Positions 28,159-37,540 of a DNA stretch of 64,000 nt are shown one piece after another (position 1 is the first letter of the stretch; every line of letters starts with the position of its first letter). The stretch covers positions 1 to 64,000 of the forward strand of contig JAZDOG010000090.1 of assembly GCA_043798915.1 (NCBI GenBank). The letters run 5' to 3'. A program made the translations under genes and the position numbers. The DNA comes from Pseudomonadota bacterium (lineage in GTDB: Bacteria > UBA10199 > 2-02-FULL-44-16 > JAAZCA01). The notes beneath the pieces are model-generated. The model saw only the letters and a program-made list of their open reading frames with translations, made no database searches and was not told the DNA's origin.

Positions 28159-30315
28159 CTAGACCGACCACATCCTCTGCTCGTATGTCTCGTCCGGCAC
28201 TAAAAAGCGTATGTGCGAGTAGCGACGTATCTCGACGCCGTGGCGGTGGAGGGCGATGGCTATCGTCATCTTCTCCCCTGGCTTGAACCCCAGCCCGGCG
28301 AATGACATCGCTATTTCCAGGATCTCGCCCGCATACCACTGCACCGATTCTTTCCAGGTTTGTGGGGAGCCGTGATCGCCCGTGCAATTCATGGCGAAGC
28401 CATCCCCCTCTTTTTTCATATCGAACCTGCAGTTCTTTTTGCCGTCGTGGAGATAGAAGATGAGTTCCTCGTCTTCCCCGATGCTGAAGCTTGCCGCGGG
28501 GTCGACGGGGTCCAGGCGCAGGAAGCACGTCTCCGTGTTGAAGCCGAAGAATATCGCCTCGAAGGGCTCGCTGCCGATCGCCATGGCGCCGCCGCGGCCG
28601 TGAACCGCGTACCTGACCGCGTTCGACCATTCGAAGAACGAGGTCCTCTTGCCGTCTATCGAGGGCTCCATGAAGCCGGCGGGCTCCGCGATCTTCTCGC
28701 TCACGTCCGAGAACCGGTAGATGGGTTCGAAGAGGAAGATGGGCATGTCCAGCCCCAGGAACGTGAATATGTTCTTGAGGTGCAGGCGGAATATCCGGTC
28801 GAAGTCCGCCTTGAACGCCGAGTCGAAGTCGTCGTCATACCACCAGAACCAGTCGCTGCCGCAGGCTGCGGCGAGCGACTCGAAGGCCTTTGCCGCGTTG
28901 GGGTCGGAGCGCCGCCTGGTCTCGGAGAGGGCGTCGCCCAGCTCGTCGATGGTGCGCTTGATGTAATTCCACGCGGTGTTCTTCTGGGGCTTGCATATCC
29001 ATATGTTGAAGTTGGCGTCTATCCAGGAGCCGGTGTGGAGCTTGTCCAGCGTGACCTGCGGCCTGTGCTCGGCGAGGTAGCCGCCCACGGTGGCGGTGGG
29101 CACGCCGTCCTTCTCGATCTTTTCGAAGAGGCCCGTGAGGAACTCCCTGCCGGACTCGGGATAGAACTCCCACGGGTTCTCGCCGTCGAGTATCACCGTC
29201 ACGAGCCGTTCGCCCTTCCTGGCTCCCTCGTCGATTTTTTTGATGTGCCCCAGAAATTCATCGATCGCAGCGGCGGCTGGCATGCGGGAGTAGGTGAAAC
29301 CGATGAGGTCGGACAGGCCGTGATCGCGGAACACGATGTCGATGCTCTTCCCCTCGAATGTCGCGGAGAAGGGTTGGTGCAGGGGAGTGCCCTTGAGGGA
29401 GGCCGGCAGCGAGAGGCCCAGCACCCTGTCGTCCGTGGCCATCCAGGAGACGCCTGCATCGGCCAGCATCGGGATCATCTCGGGGCAGACGCTTCCCTCC
29501 GCAGGCCACATGCCGCGGGGCCTTCTGCCTGTCCAGCGCTCCATCGAATCGAGCGCGCTTTGCACCTGTGCCCGCGCCATCTGAGGAAGCTTCATGGCGG
29601 GGGGCAGCATCGCCTTGGGGCTGCTGCGCAGCGCGAACGACGTGTCGATGAGGAGCGGGAGTATCGGATGATAGTGAGGGGTGGTGCATATCTCCACGTT
29701 CTCTGAATTGGCCGCGCGGCGCAAGCCCTCGAGCAGGCCCTTCATGATTCTCTTCTGCGCGTCGATGACGAAGCGCTTGTCATCCTCGGTGAAGTGGCCG
29801 AGCGCGAGCATCTGGCTGATCTCGGGGATCTCCTGCGTTGCGGCGAAGCCGAACCAGACGAGGTTGTAATAGACCTGGAGGTTCAAGTAATCCTGCGTGG
29901 AGAAGAAGCGGATCGCCTGCTGGTAGTCCACGCGCGACGGATCGAGCCCGCGCCGCGCCAGGAGCTTCTGGTAAGCTGGGTAGGGCGCGGTCTTGCGGTC
30001 CGGATTGGCCATGAAGAAGTGGTGGAGGATGAAGGTCTTCTGCTGGGGCGTGAGTTGTTCCGCCGGTATGAGCGTGTGGTCGAGGAATGCGTCGCTTTTG
30101 CCCTCCTCGGTGTAGGCGAGTATCTGCTGCACGAGCGAGGGGACGAAGTTGATCGTGCCGCGGACTTGCGGGAAGCGCTCATAGAGGCGGATCATGTCGT
30201 AATATGAGTGGATCGCGTGGAGCCTCACCCACGGCATGGTGCTTTCGCCAGTGGCCATGTCCCTGTAGAATGGTTGATGCATGTGCCAGACGATGGCCAG
30301 TGTGGTTCGCTGCAT
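28159..30315 (-). CDS. GH57 amylopullulanase-like glycoside hydrolase
   Basis: WHMHQPFY, HYHPILPLL, MWPAEGS, LDGENPWE, GSWI, GSDWFWWY. Confidence 0.88.
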   Translation of the reverse strand: MQRTTLAIVWHMHQPFYRDMATGESTMPWVRLHAIHSYYDMIRLYERFPQVRGTINFVPSLVQQILAYTEEGKSDAFLDHTLIPAEQLTPQQKTFILHHFFMANPDRKTAPYPAYQKLLARRGLDPSRVDYQQAIRFFSTQDYLNLQVYYNLVWFGFAATQEIPEISQMLALGHFTEDDKRFVIDAQKRIMKGLLEGLRRAANSENVEICTTPHYHPILPLLIDTSFALRSSPKAMLPPAMKLPQMARAQVQSALDSMERWTGRRPRGMWPAEGSVCPEMIPMLADAGVSWMATDDRVLGLSLPASLKGTPLHQPFSATFEGKSIDIVFRDHGLSDLIGFTYSRMPAAAAIDEFLGHIKKIDEGARKGERLVTVILDGENPWEFYPESGREFLTGLFEKIEKDGVPTATVGGYLAEHRPQVTLDKLHTGSWIDANFNIWICKPQKNTAWNYIKRTIDELGDALSETRRRSDPNAAKAFESLAAACGSDWFWWYDDDFDSAFKADFDRIFRLHLKNIFTFLGLDMPIFLFEPIYRFSDVSEKIAEPAGFMEPSIDGKRTSFFEWSNAVRYAVHGRGGAMAIGSEPFEAIFFGFNTETCFLRLDPVDPAASFSIGEDEELIFYLHDGKKNCRFDMKKEGDGFAMNCTGDHGSPQTWKESVQWYAGEILEIAMSFAGLGFKPGEKMTIAIALHRHGVEIRRYSHIRFLVPDETYEQRMWSV

Positions 30316-30425
30316 TTTGTTTTTGCCCCCCTGTCAGATGGGCGCTGACTATACAGAACCTATGGATAAGAAAAAGATAATTATAGCTGACAGCTATTAC
30401 TGATAACTGCGTAATACTAGTGATG

Positions 30426-30522
30426 TTTCCCTCCCCTTTGTAAGGGGAGGGCCAGGGTGGGGTAGACCGCTGTTTCAATGCTGATCTACCTCCCCTATCC
30501 CCTCCTTACAAAGGAGGGGAAA
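30426..30522. repeat. Palindromic repeat family A, copy 3
   Basis: TTTCCCTCCCCTTTGTAAGGGGAGG...GTAGACCGCTGTTTCAATGCTGATCTAC...CCTTACAAAGGAGGGGAAA just after the glgC stop. Confidence 0.85.
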
Positions 30523-30528
30523 TTGATT

Positions 30529-31755
30529 TTACAGCGTCGCCATCTTTGGAATCACCACGATGCCGTTTGGCGAGACCATGTAGCGCTTCCTGTCCTCCTC
30601 CGTGTCGTAGCCTATGATCGTCCCCGGCGGTATGACGACGTCCTTGTCTATGATGGCGCGGCGTATCTTCGAATGCCGCCCGATGTTCACCCGCTCGAAG
30701 ATTATGCTCTCGTCGACCTGGCAGAAGCTGTTGACGCGCACCGCCGGGGAGAGGACGGACCTGTTGATCCGGCCTCCGGAGATGATGTCCCCGCTGCAGA
30801 CGAGAGAATCCGTCGCCATGCCGACGCGCTCGCTCTTCTTGTCTGCAAAGACGAACTTCGCGGGCGGATGCGTGTCGAACGCCGTGTGTATCGGCCATGC
30901 GTCGTTGTAGAGGTTGAAGACCGGCGAGACCGAGACGAGGTCCATCGACGCCTTCCAGTAGCTGTCTATGGAACCGATGTCCCGCCAGTAGCCCCGCTCA
31001 TCGGAGGTGGCGCCGGGGACCTGGTTGTCGACAAAGTTATAGGCCATTACCTTCTTGTCGAGGTAGAGCCTTGGCAGGATGTCGCGCCCGAAGTCGTGCA
31101 TGGATTCATGGCTCTCGGCGTCCTTCCTCGCCGCTTCGATGAGCACCTCAGCCTTGAAGATGTAGATGCCCATGGAGCAGAGGGAACGCGTCGAATCCTG
31201 CGGCATCGGAGTCGGCGAAGCCGGTTTTTCCGCGAAGCCGACGATCCTCCAGGTATCGTCCACAATCACGATGCCGAAGTTCGTCGCCTCGCCGATGAGG
31301 CACGGGATGACCGCCACGGTGACATCCGCGCCGTTTCGGCGATGGAACTCCATCATGTGGCGCATGTCCATCCTGTAGACGTGATCGCCGCCAAGGATGC
31401 AAACGTCGTCCGCGTGCGCGTTCGTGATATGGTGCAGGTTCTGAAAGACGGCATCCGCGCTCCCCTTGTACCAATGGTTGCCCGTGCGCATCTGGGCCGG
31501 GACCGCGTCTATGAACTGGTCCAGGAGCGGGGGCAGATGCCAGCCCCTCTTGAGATGGCGCAGGAGCGAGTCGGCCTTGAACTGCGTCAGCACGAGGATC
31601 CTCAAGAACCCGGAGTTTACGAGATTTGAGAGCACGAAGTCGACGATGCGGTAGTGGCCGCCGAACGGCACGGCGGGCTTGGCGCGCTCGTTGGTGAGGG
31701 GGCGAAGCCTCTCGCCCTGACCGCCGGCCAGCACGATTGAAATTATTGATTTCAT
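30529..31755 (-). CDS. glgC: Glucose-1-phosphate adenylyltransferase
   Basis: LAGGQGERLRPLT.ERAKPAVPFGG, WYKGSADAV, GGDHVY, FAEKP, SMGIYIF, DFGRDI, YWRDIG. Confidence 0.95.
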   Translation of the reverse strand: MKSIISIVLAGGQGERLRPLTNERAKPAVPFGGHYRIVDFVLSNLVNSGFLRILVLTQFKADSLLRHLKRGWHLPPLLDQFIDAVPAQMRTGNHWYKGSADAVFQNLHHITNAHADDVCILGGDHVYRMDMRHMMEFHRRNGADVTVAVIPCLIGEATNFGIVIVDDTWRIVGFAEKPASPTPMPQDSTRSLCSMGIYIFKAEVLIEAARKDAESHESMHDFGRDILPRLYLDKKVMAYNFVDNQVPGATSDERGYWRDIGSIDSYWKASMDLVSVSPVFNLYNDAWPIHTAFDTHPPAKFVFADKKSERVGMATDSLVCSGDIISGGRINRSVLSPAVRVNSFCQVDESIIFERVNIGRHSKIRRAIIDKDVVIPPGTIIGYDTEEDRKRYMVSPNGIVVIPKMATL

Positions 31756-31770
31756 CACATCCTCAAGCTT

Positions 31771-31798
31771 ATGCTACAAGCACAACATACTTAGTCAA
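31771..31798 (-). promoter_or_regulatory. Possible sigma70 promoter for glgC
   Basis: Minus strand TTGACT-16-TAGCAT. Confidence 0.45.
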
Positions 31799-31851
31799 CC
31801 CCGCAGAAAATAGCAAATAATTTCAACATGTTTGGCAAATGTAAAAACCAC

Positions 31852-31878
31852 GCAACTTTCTGGCGGAACTGCCGATAA
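31852..31878 (+). promoter_or_regulatory. sigma28 (FliA)-like promoter
   Basis: GCAA-15 nt-GCCGATAA; exact FliA -10 box with canonical spacing. Confidence 0.6.
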
Positions 31879-31970
31879 TACATACAGTGGAGCGGTTTTC
31901 ATAATAATTGGCGCAGCTGGCCAATATGGTATAAGCGTGTCTGGTGGTTTTTTGAAGGAGGAGGTTACCA

Positions 31971-33446
31971 ATGAGCTGGGATTATATTAAGGCAGCTGTG
32001 TTTTGCCTGGGTGGGTTTAACCCCCTTTGCTGGGCGGGTTGTGGCAACGACATACAACTTCCGCCCCCTGCGGCCACCGATGGTGGAAAGATACCGCCGG
32101 TCTTTCGGAATCCGGCCAGGTTCGGCGATTCCGCGGCGCTGCGCGACATGTCCAGTTATGTGCAGGCGGGCGACATGACAGAGCCGATCGTCTGCACTGG
32201 TGTCGATACTGTCGAAGTGGTGTCATATGGCGGAGGCGGAAAAACCAGCGGCAACGTGAAGGATATCGATGTCAGGGATAATCACCTGACGATCTTGTCA
32301 GATTTGAACCTGATGCTTCGTGCGAAGCTGGATCCCGCCAATCCCGGCAAGCAGCTTGCCCCAACGTGGAGCAAGCCGCTGGGCACGCAGATCAACGTGG
32401 AAAAGAATGCGACTATCAGTCCGGTGCAGGTCGTGGACTTCCTGGATGGCACCTATATGGTGCCCTTCACCGTTTCAGGCAGCCAGACGTTTTCAAGCGG
32501 GGCGGACCTTGTATCGGTAGATCCGAAGGCAACCCTTCCGAATTTGGACGCCGTAAAGGGGAGCACTCTCAATCCTGTCACGCTCCTTACACCCGCAGTG
32601 AGCATCAAGCCGGAGGTTCTTTCAGGGCTCATCTACAGCAAGAGGGCCATCGTTGCATCGAGCAATTGCACAGACAAGCCCGTCGCTAAGGGTTGCCTGC
32701 TTTCCTACGGCATCGTCAACGGTTCTTTCGAGACAAGCAATAACGTCCAGCTGGCGGCCTGGTTGACGGGAAAAAATGCGCTGGCGGTAGAAATGCTGGA
32801 CGGGACGATGGCCGCGGCCCTCTCCAATGATGTCGATAAAAATGGCGTCGGCACCATGGCCTACATCGACATCGTCGATCTTTCGCTGCCTTTTACGAGC
32901 GCGACGAGCCCCAAACCGATTTCGCTGGGCATCGGCGACGCGGTATCCTTCGGGGAACTGGCGGTGACCGACGACAAGAGCCATGCGGCGGTGGTCTCCA
33001 AAACAGGCGAGATCCGTTACGTGGACCTTGCGGCTCAAACGGTGGCCAGCTCCTTCGATCTCAGCAAGGTTCCGCCGTTTGCCGGAAAACCAAAGGATCT
33101 AGCGATCGATGGGACGACGGTCTACGTGGACACGGACCAATACATATTCGTCGTCGATTTCAGCGACGCGGCCAATCCGAAGGTGTCGAAGGTAATGTAT
33201 CCTGGCGCACAAAACCTTGGGGCGATGGCGATCTACAACAGCACCTACCTCTATGTCGTGTCATCGTCTGATTGCGGCCAATATCGCGATTCTCCTGGCG
33301 ATCACGTCCTGGGCATAAATCTGTTAAACGCGCCGACATGGAGCGCTCCGCCGGTGCCCGATATGACTGTTGTGCCTGATATGAGCGTGCCTCCTGATTT
33401 GAGAGTGCCTCCTGATTTGATGGTGTCCCGGGATATGCCCGAGTGA
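31971..33446 (+). CDS. Exported, possibly lipidated beta-propeller-like protein with a C-terminal PD(M/L) repeat tail
   Basis: Strong RBS GGAGGAGG; WAGC possible lipobox; LVIVD-like segments (FVVDFSDAANPKV); tail VPDMTVVPDMSVPPDLRVPPDLMV. Confidence 0.65.
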   Translation: MSWDYIKAAVFCLGGFNPLCWAGCGNDIQLPPPAATDGGKIPPVFRNPARFGDSAALRDMSSYVQAGDMTEPIVCTGVDTVEVVSYGGGGKTSGNVKDIDVRDNHLTILSDLNLMLRAKLDPANPGKQLAPTWSKPLGTQINVEKNATISPVQVVDFLDGTYMVPFTVSGSQTFSSGADLVSVDPKATLPNLDAVKGSTLNPVTLLTPAVSIKPEVLSGLIYSKRAIVASSNCTDKPVAKGCLLSYGIVNGSFETSNNVQLAAWLTGKNALAVEMLDGTMAAALSNDVDKNGVGTMAYIDIVDLSLPFTSATSPKPISLGIGDAVSFGELAVTDDKSHAAVVSKTGEIRYVDLAAQTVASSFDLSKVPPFAGKPKDLAIDGTTVYVDTDQYIFVVDFSDAANPKVSKVMYPGAQNLGAMAIYNSTYLYVVSSSDCGQYRDSPGDHVLGINLLNAPTWSAPPVPDMTVVPDMSVPPDLRVPPDLMVSRDMPE

Positions 33447-33480
33447 TAGCGCCCGTTGCCGGGTCCCGAATGACAAGTGG

Positions 33481-34842
33481 TTACGCCTGAAAGGTTTCAA
33501 CCAGGCGCGGAATCTCTGAAACCATGTAGAGGGGCACGGACAGAAGGCGGTATTTCAGCGCTGGCCGTGATATTTTGATTTCCTCGATCTGCAGTTGCCC
33601 ATCATAGATGCGGATAGCCAGTGGTGACTTGCGGGTTGCCATGAACTGATGGAGTGAAAACAGCGTAGAACCTCGTCCTGCTTTGACCTCCACCGGCAAG
33701 AGATGAGGCCCGGACGGAAAAAGATAGTCGACCTCCGCTGTCGAACCTTTGGCTTCCCTGTGCCAATAAAATAGCTCCGGCCTCCTGTGAAGGCCAAGCA
33801 GCGGAAGGAATTCCTGTCCGACGAACTGTTCAGCCAGCCCCCCTTTATATACCGAACTGTAGTTATTGCTCTCAAGAATCTCGGCCGAGATGTGGTTCAC
33901 ATGCTGCGCGAGACCGATATCCAGAAAGACAAGTTTGGGCTGTGATTTCTTGAGCGGAAGGAGCGGAAATGATGCCTCCTTCGCGCGGTTCACGCGGTTG
34001 AGTATCATGGCCCTCTGCAGCAGACCAATGGAGACGCCGGTCGCCCTGCTCCCCATCTCGCCGCCAAATTTGTTCAGGTTCACCCTCTGCCCTATCCATT
34101 TTGGCGCTTCGCGAAAGACCTCGTCGAGATTGTCGACGTTGACCCTCTTTGAATATTTTTTAAAATCGTCGCGATACGTCTCGATTATGGATTCTTTCAC
34201 AAATCCGGCTTCACGATACCCGCCTGTCGCGAAAAACTGGCTGACCGCTTCAGGCATTCCACCGACCAAGAGATAATCCCGAAGGTGTTTTCGCATCTCC
34301 CCGTGGATAGCATCCGATAGTTTTTCTTCGGGCCTTGAGCTCGTGAGGACATCGACAAGCCTCTTTTTGCCAGCCCCCTCCAGAAACTCCACAAATGTGA
34401 GGGGAAAAAGGTAATGAAAATCGACTCTGCCAACGGGGAAAGATTGTTGCTCGTTCTCCAGGACGAATTCCAGGAGAGAACCTGCCGCGATGACATGCTG
34501 ACCCGGCAGTTCTTCGTGAAAATAGCGAAGTTTGATTATAGCTGGAGAATATTCCTGGATCTCATCTATAAATATAAGAGCCTTGCCGGGCGGGATTGGT
34601 GTGTCCTTGATTATCTCGAGTTCGCGGATGATATCCCGGACTTCCGTCTTGTCGAAAAGCTGTTTGAGATGCGGCTCCTTTTCCAGGTTCACCACGACGA
34701 GATGTTCATAGTTATTCCTGCCAAACTCTTCAACAAGGCGGCTTTTGCCCGTCTGTCTTGCCCCCCTTATGACCAGTGGTTTGCGGCCGCTCCGGCCTTT
34801 CCAGTCCTTCAGGAACGCCTCACTATTGCGTTTAATATACAT
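33481..34842 (-). CDS. AAA_14 ATPase + DUF4143 protein
   Basis: MYIKR, RKPLVIRGARQTGKS, FIDEIQ, AAGSLL, FPVGRV, GGMPEAV, FYWHRE...EVDY...PVEVKAG. Confidence 0.85.
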   Translation of the reverse strand: MYIKRNSEAFLKDWKGRSGRKPLVIRGARQTGKSRLVEEFGRNNYEHLVVVNLEKEPHLKQLFDKTEVRDIIRELEIIKDTPIPPGKALIFIDEIQEYSPAIIKLRYFHEELPGQHVIAAGSLLEFVLENEQQSFPVGRVDFHYLFPLTFVEFLEGAGKKRLVDVLTSSRPEEKLSDAIHGEMRKHLRDYLLVGGMPEAVSQFFATGGYREAGFVKESIIETYRDDFKKYSKRVNVDNLDEVFREAPKWIGQRVNLNKFGGEMGSRATGVSIGLLQRAMILNRVNRAKEASFPLLPLKKSQPKLVFLDIGLAQHVNHISAEILESNNYSSVYKGGLAEQFVGQEFLPLLGLHRRPELFYWHREAKGSTAEVDYLFPSGPHLLPVEVKAGRGSTLFSLHQFMATRKSPLAIRIYDGQLQIEEIKISRPALKYRLLSVPLYMVSEIPRLVETFQA

Positions 34843-34886
34843 ATAACATAGGCCCTTTGTTAGATATAATGTAATATAACATAGGC
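34841..34886 (-). promoter_or_regulatory. 13-bp direct repeats (candidate operator) over the promoter and start of the ATPase gene
   Basis: ATATAACATAGGC at 34841-34853 and 34874-34886; minus-strand TTGCTC-17-TACATT overlaps the upstream copy. Confidence 0.5.
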
Positions 34887-35087
34887 AAAAGAGCAATTGA
34901 AATGTAATAAATATGGGGGTCCTGCACTGATAAAGCGGATCGCGCCCTTGAACTACTCCAACCCTCGACGGATGATTCAAACCCCGTGTTCACAATGACA
35001 GACTCGCTGTGCCGCATGCCGAACAACCCCGGATATTCCTTCCTGTCGTTACCTTGTAATCATTGAAAAAATCACAGCCTCTTAAGT

Positions 35088-35103
35088 TGGCACGTGGATT
35101 GCT
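35088..35103 (+). promoter_or_regulatory. sigma54 (RpoN) -24/-12 promoter
   Basis: TGGCACGTGGATTGCT is an exact match to TGGCACG-N4-TTGCW. Confidence 0.8.
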
Positions 35104-35133
35104 AGTACAGTGTGAGGCTGGTTTTATACGTGG

Positions 35134-35224
35134 CCCCTCCCCTTTGTAAGGGGAGGATGGGAGGGGTAGACCGCTGTTTCAATGCTGATCTACCTCCCCT
35201 TGCCCCTCCTTACAAAAGGAGGGG
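35134..35224. repeat. Palindromic repeat family A, copy 4
   Basis: Same arms and same central spacer as copy 3; lies in the predicted 5' UTR of the kinase. Confidence 0.85.
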
Positions 35225-35243
35225 AATCATTTGTTAGATAGTC

Positions 35244-36920
35244 ATGGCGAATACTATGCGCCTTCCATATCGCTTCGGACGCTACACCCTCGTCGAGAAG
35301 ATCGCCAACGGCGGGACGGCGGAGGTCTATCGCGCGCTGCTCACCGCCGACGAGGGTTTTTCGAAGACCGTCGCGGTGAAGAGGCTCCTGCCTTCGTGGG
35401 GCGGCGACGGCGAGATCGAGCGGATGCTCATCGACGAGGCGCGCGCCCTCACGCATCTGCAGCACCAGTCTATCGCCCAGGTCTTCGAGCTCGGCCGCTC
35501 CGAGGGGATTCCGTTCCTCGCGATGGAATTCGTGGACGGGATCGATTGCGCAAGGCTCCTCCTGGATTTGATGCGCGACGGGTCGCCGCTTCCCACCGCG
35601 CACGCGCTCTATATCATCGGCCAGGTCCTCACCGCGCTCGAGTTTGCGCACCGCACCGCGGACGCGGATGGCCGCCCGCTGTGCATCGTGCACCGCGACA
35701 TCTCGCCGTCGAACATCCTCCTCTCATGGAACGGCGAGGTGAAGGTGACCGACTTCGGCATCGCCAAGGGCCTCCACCGCACGCGCGAGACGGCGGTCGG
35801 CACGCTCAAGGGGAAGTACGCCTACATGGCGCCGGAGCAGGCGAGGGGGGAGGCCGTGGACGCGCGCGCGGATCTCTTCGCATGCGGGATCGTCCTCTAT
35901 GAACTCCTCTCCGCCAGGCGCCTCTTTGACGCCTCCAGCGATCTGGAGGTGCTTGAGAAGGTGAAGTGCGCGTCGATACCTGAGGAGGTGCTCCGCGGAT
36001 TTTCTCCTGAGCTCCGCACCGTCCTCATCCTCTCGCTCGCGCCGGAGGCGGATCGAAGATATCAGAGCGCGCAGGAGATGCTCTCCGACGTGCAGCGCTT
36101 CGCCATATCCAGGGGCGAGATCGGATCGAGCCTGGATCTCGCCGCATATCTCAGGGAGCGATTTCCGATCGAGGGTCGCGCGCCGCGCGCGGAGGCTCAT
36201 GCGTTGAAGGAAGAGCCGGGGACAAAGGTCATGGGCTGCATAGCGGAGAAGGTGCGGTGGCGGGGCGCGGCCCGGATCCTGCGCGCCGCTGGGACGGCGA
36301 TCTTCCTGTCCGCCTCGGTGCTCCTGCAGCCGGCGCCTCTCTCGTCGCATGGCCAGGAGGTTGCCGCGGCTGCACCGGAGCCGGCGCCGATTCTGGCTGC
36401 GCCCGTCCCGCAAGCCCGTGTGAGACCCTCTGCCCCGCCCGGTCTCCATGGCGGGGTGGTCGCCATCGATAGCGAACCTGCCGGCGCATCGGGGACTCTC
36501 TCGCTCGGCGGAGAAAAAAGACAGGTCACCGCGCCTTTCTCGGTGGATGGCATAGATATCGGCGACGGCGTCGACGGCCGCATAGAGCTCGGCGCGCCCG
36601 GATTCGAGGCGCACTCACAGGCGTTTCATCTGACGCCTTCGCTGCCGGCCTTCGTGTCGCGCATCGCCCTCAAAAAACAGGCGCAGCAGGCCTCGATCTC
36701 CATAAACGCGAGGCCGTGGGGGCTCGTCGATGTGCCGGGCTATGCATCGGGCAGGGAGTCGCCCGTGAACAGCTTAAAGCTCAAGGCGGGATCATACCTT
36801 ATAAGAGTGCGCCATCCGCCGTCGGGCCAGACGGCGAGCGGCCGCATCGTCGTAGCGGATGGCGAGGCAAAGCGCTGCATAGCCTCCTTCGGCCCGCGCC
36901 CTGAGCTCCGTTGCAGGTGA
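35244..36920 (+). CDS. Hanks-type Ser/Thr protein kinase with TM segment and PEGA-like C-terminal domains
   Basis: IANGGTAEVY, VAVKR, HRDISPSNIL, DFGIAK, GKYAYMAPEQ, DLFACG; hydrophobic stretch; IDSEPAGA and INARPWG PEGA-like starts. Confidence 0.9.
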   Translation: MANTMRLPYRFGRYTLVEKIANGGTAEVYRALLTADEGFSKTVAVKRLLPSWGGDGEIERMLIDEARALTHLQHQSIAQVFELGRSEGIPFLAMEFVDGIDCARLLLDLMRDGSPLPTAHALYIIGQVLTALEFAHRTADADGRPLCIVHRDISPSNILLSWNGEVKVTDFGIAKGLHRTRETAVGTLKGKYAYMAPEQARGEAVDARADLFACGIVLYELLSARRLFDASSDLEVLEKVKCASIPEEVLRGFSPELRTVLILSLAPEADRRYQSAQEMLSDVQRFAISRGEIGSSLDLAAYLRERFPIEGRAPRAEAHALKEEPGTKVMGCIAEKVRWRGAARILRAAGTAIFLSASVLLQPAPLSSHGQEVAAAAPEPAPILAAPVPQARVRPSAPPGLHGGVVAIDSEPAGASGTLSLGGEKRQVTAPFSVDGIDIGDGVDGRIELGAPGFEAHSQAFHLTPSLPAFVSRIALKKQAQQASISINARPWGLVDVPGYASGRESPVNSLKLKAGSYLIRVRHPPSGQTASGRIVVADGEAKRCIASFGPRPELRCR

Positions 36921-36937
36921 GTCCCCGTGCAGAGTTT

Positions 36938-37090
36938 TGGAAAAGTGGCTATTGGGGATGCATCGCTCGCTTCGGCTCGCCGCCTCAGACGCCGGCGGCT
37001 CGCCTGCGCCTCACTCGCCGAGCTTTTAAGGCTGCTGATTTCGGCTCGTTCAGACGCCGCTCGCGCTGCATCCCCAGCGCCACTTTTCCA
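36938..37090. mobile_element. MITE-like element family B, long copy
   Basis: Terminal inverted repeats TGGAAAAGTGGCTATTGGGGATGCA / TGCATCCCCAGCGCCACTTTTCCA; non-coding interior. Confidence 0.65.
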
Positions 37091-37255
37091 CTATTTGAAT
37101 CTGATAGGGCCATCCCCTGTGCAATGGGATTCTGTTCTCGCTGAAACGACTGTGTCCCAAGATTGCCTCAAACAAATAATTGACTTAGTGTCTTATTAAT
37201 GAGACGCTATTAAATAGTGCAGCGCAGAAATCCTTGAGTTTCCCTAAAAGATTAT

Positions 37256-37540
37256 ATGAAAAATAAGACATCAGGTTTTGAACTTGCCAGGCAGTTCGGA
37301 ATATCCCCGGGCCGGGGAATGGAGGCCGTCATCAAGGCTCAACTGATCTCCGCCATTCTCAAGGCGGTGAAAAAACACAAACTCACCCACTTGGAGCTGG
37401 CCCGGCGTTCCGGTTTGTCGCGGAGCGCCGTGACCGGCATCCTTTCCGGAAGCCTTCAAAAGGTCACGATTGACCGGGTGCTTCGGTTGGCCGAGGCCGC
37501 AAACCTCGAAGCGGAGGTGAGGGTGAAAGATGCCGCATAA
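37256..37540 (+). CDS. XRE/HigA-like HTH protein (orphan antitoxin-like)
   Basis: LTHLELARRSGLSRSAVTGILSGSLQKVTIDRVLRL; imperfect palindrome TAGTGTCTTATT/AATGAGACGCTA next to TTGACT upstream. Confidence 0.75.
   Translation: MKNKTSGFELARQFGISPGRGMEAVIKAQLISAILKAVKKHKLTHLELARRSGLSRSAVTGILSGSLQKVTIDRVLRLAEAANLEAEVRVKDAA

Noticed and set aside
33350..33445. Tandem 18-bp repeats considered as a CRISPR array
   Set aside because: Adjacent in-frame coding repeats with no unique spacers; no cas genes in the window
11267..35224. Family A repeats as CRISPR repeats or integron attC sites
   Set aside because: Dispersed kilobases apart in both orientations; no GTTRRRY/RYYYAAC cores and no integrase
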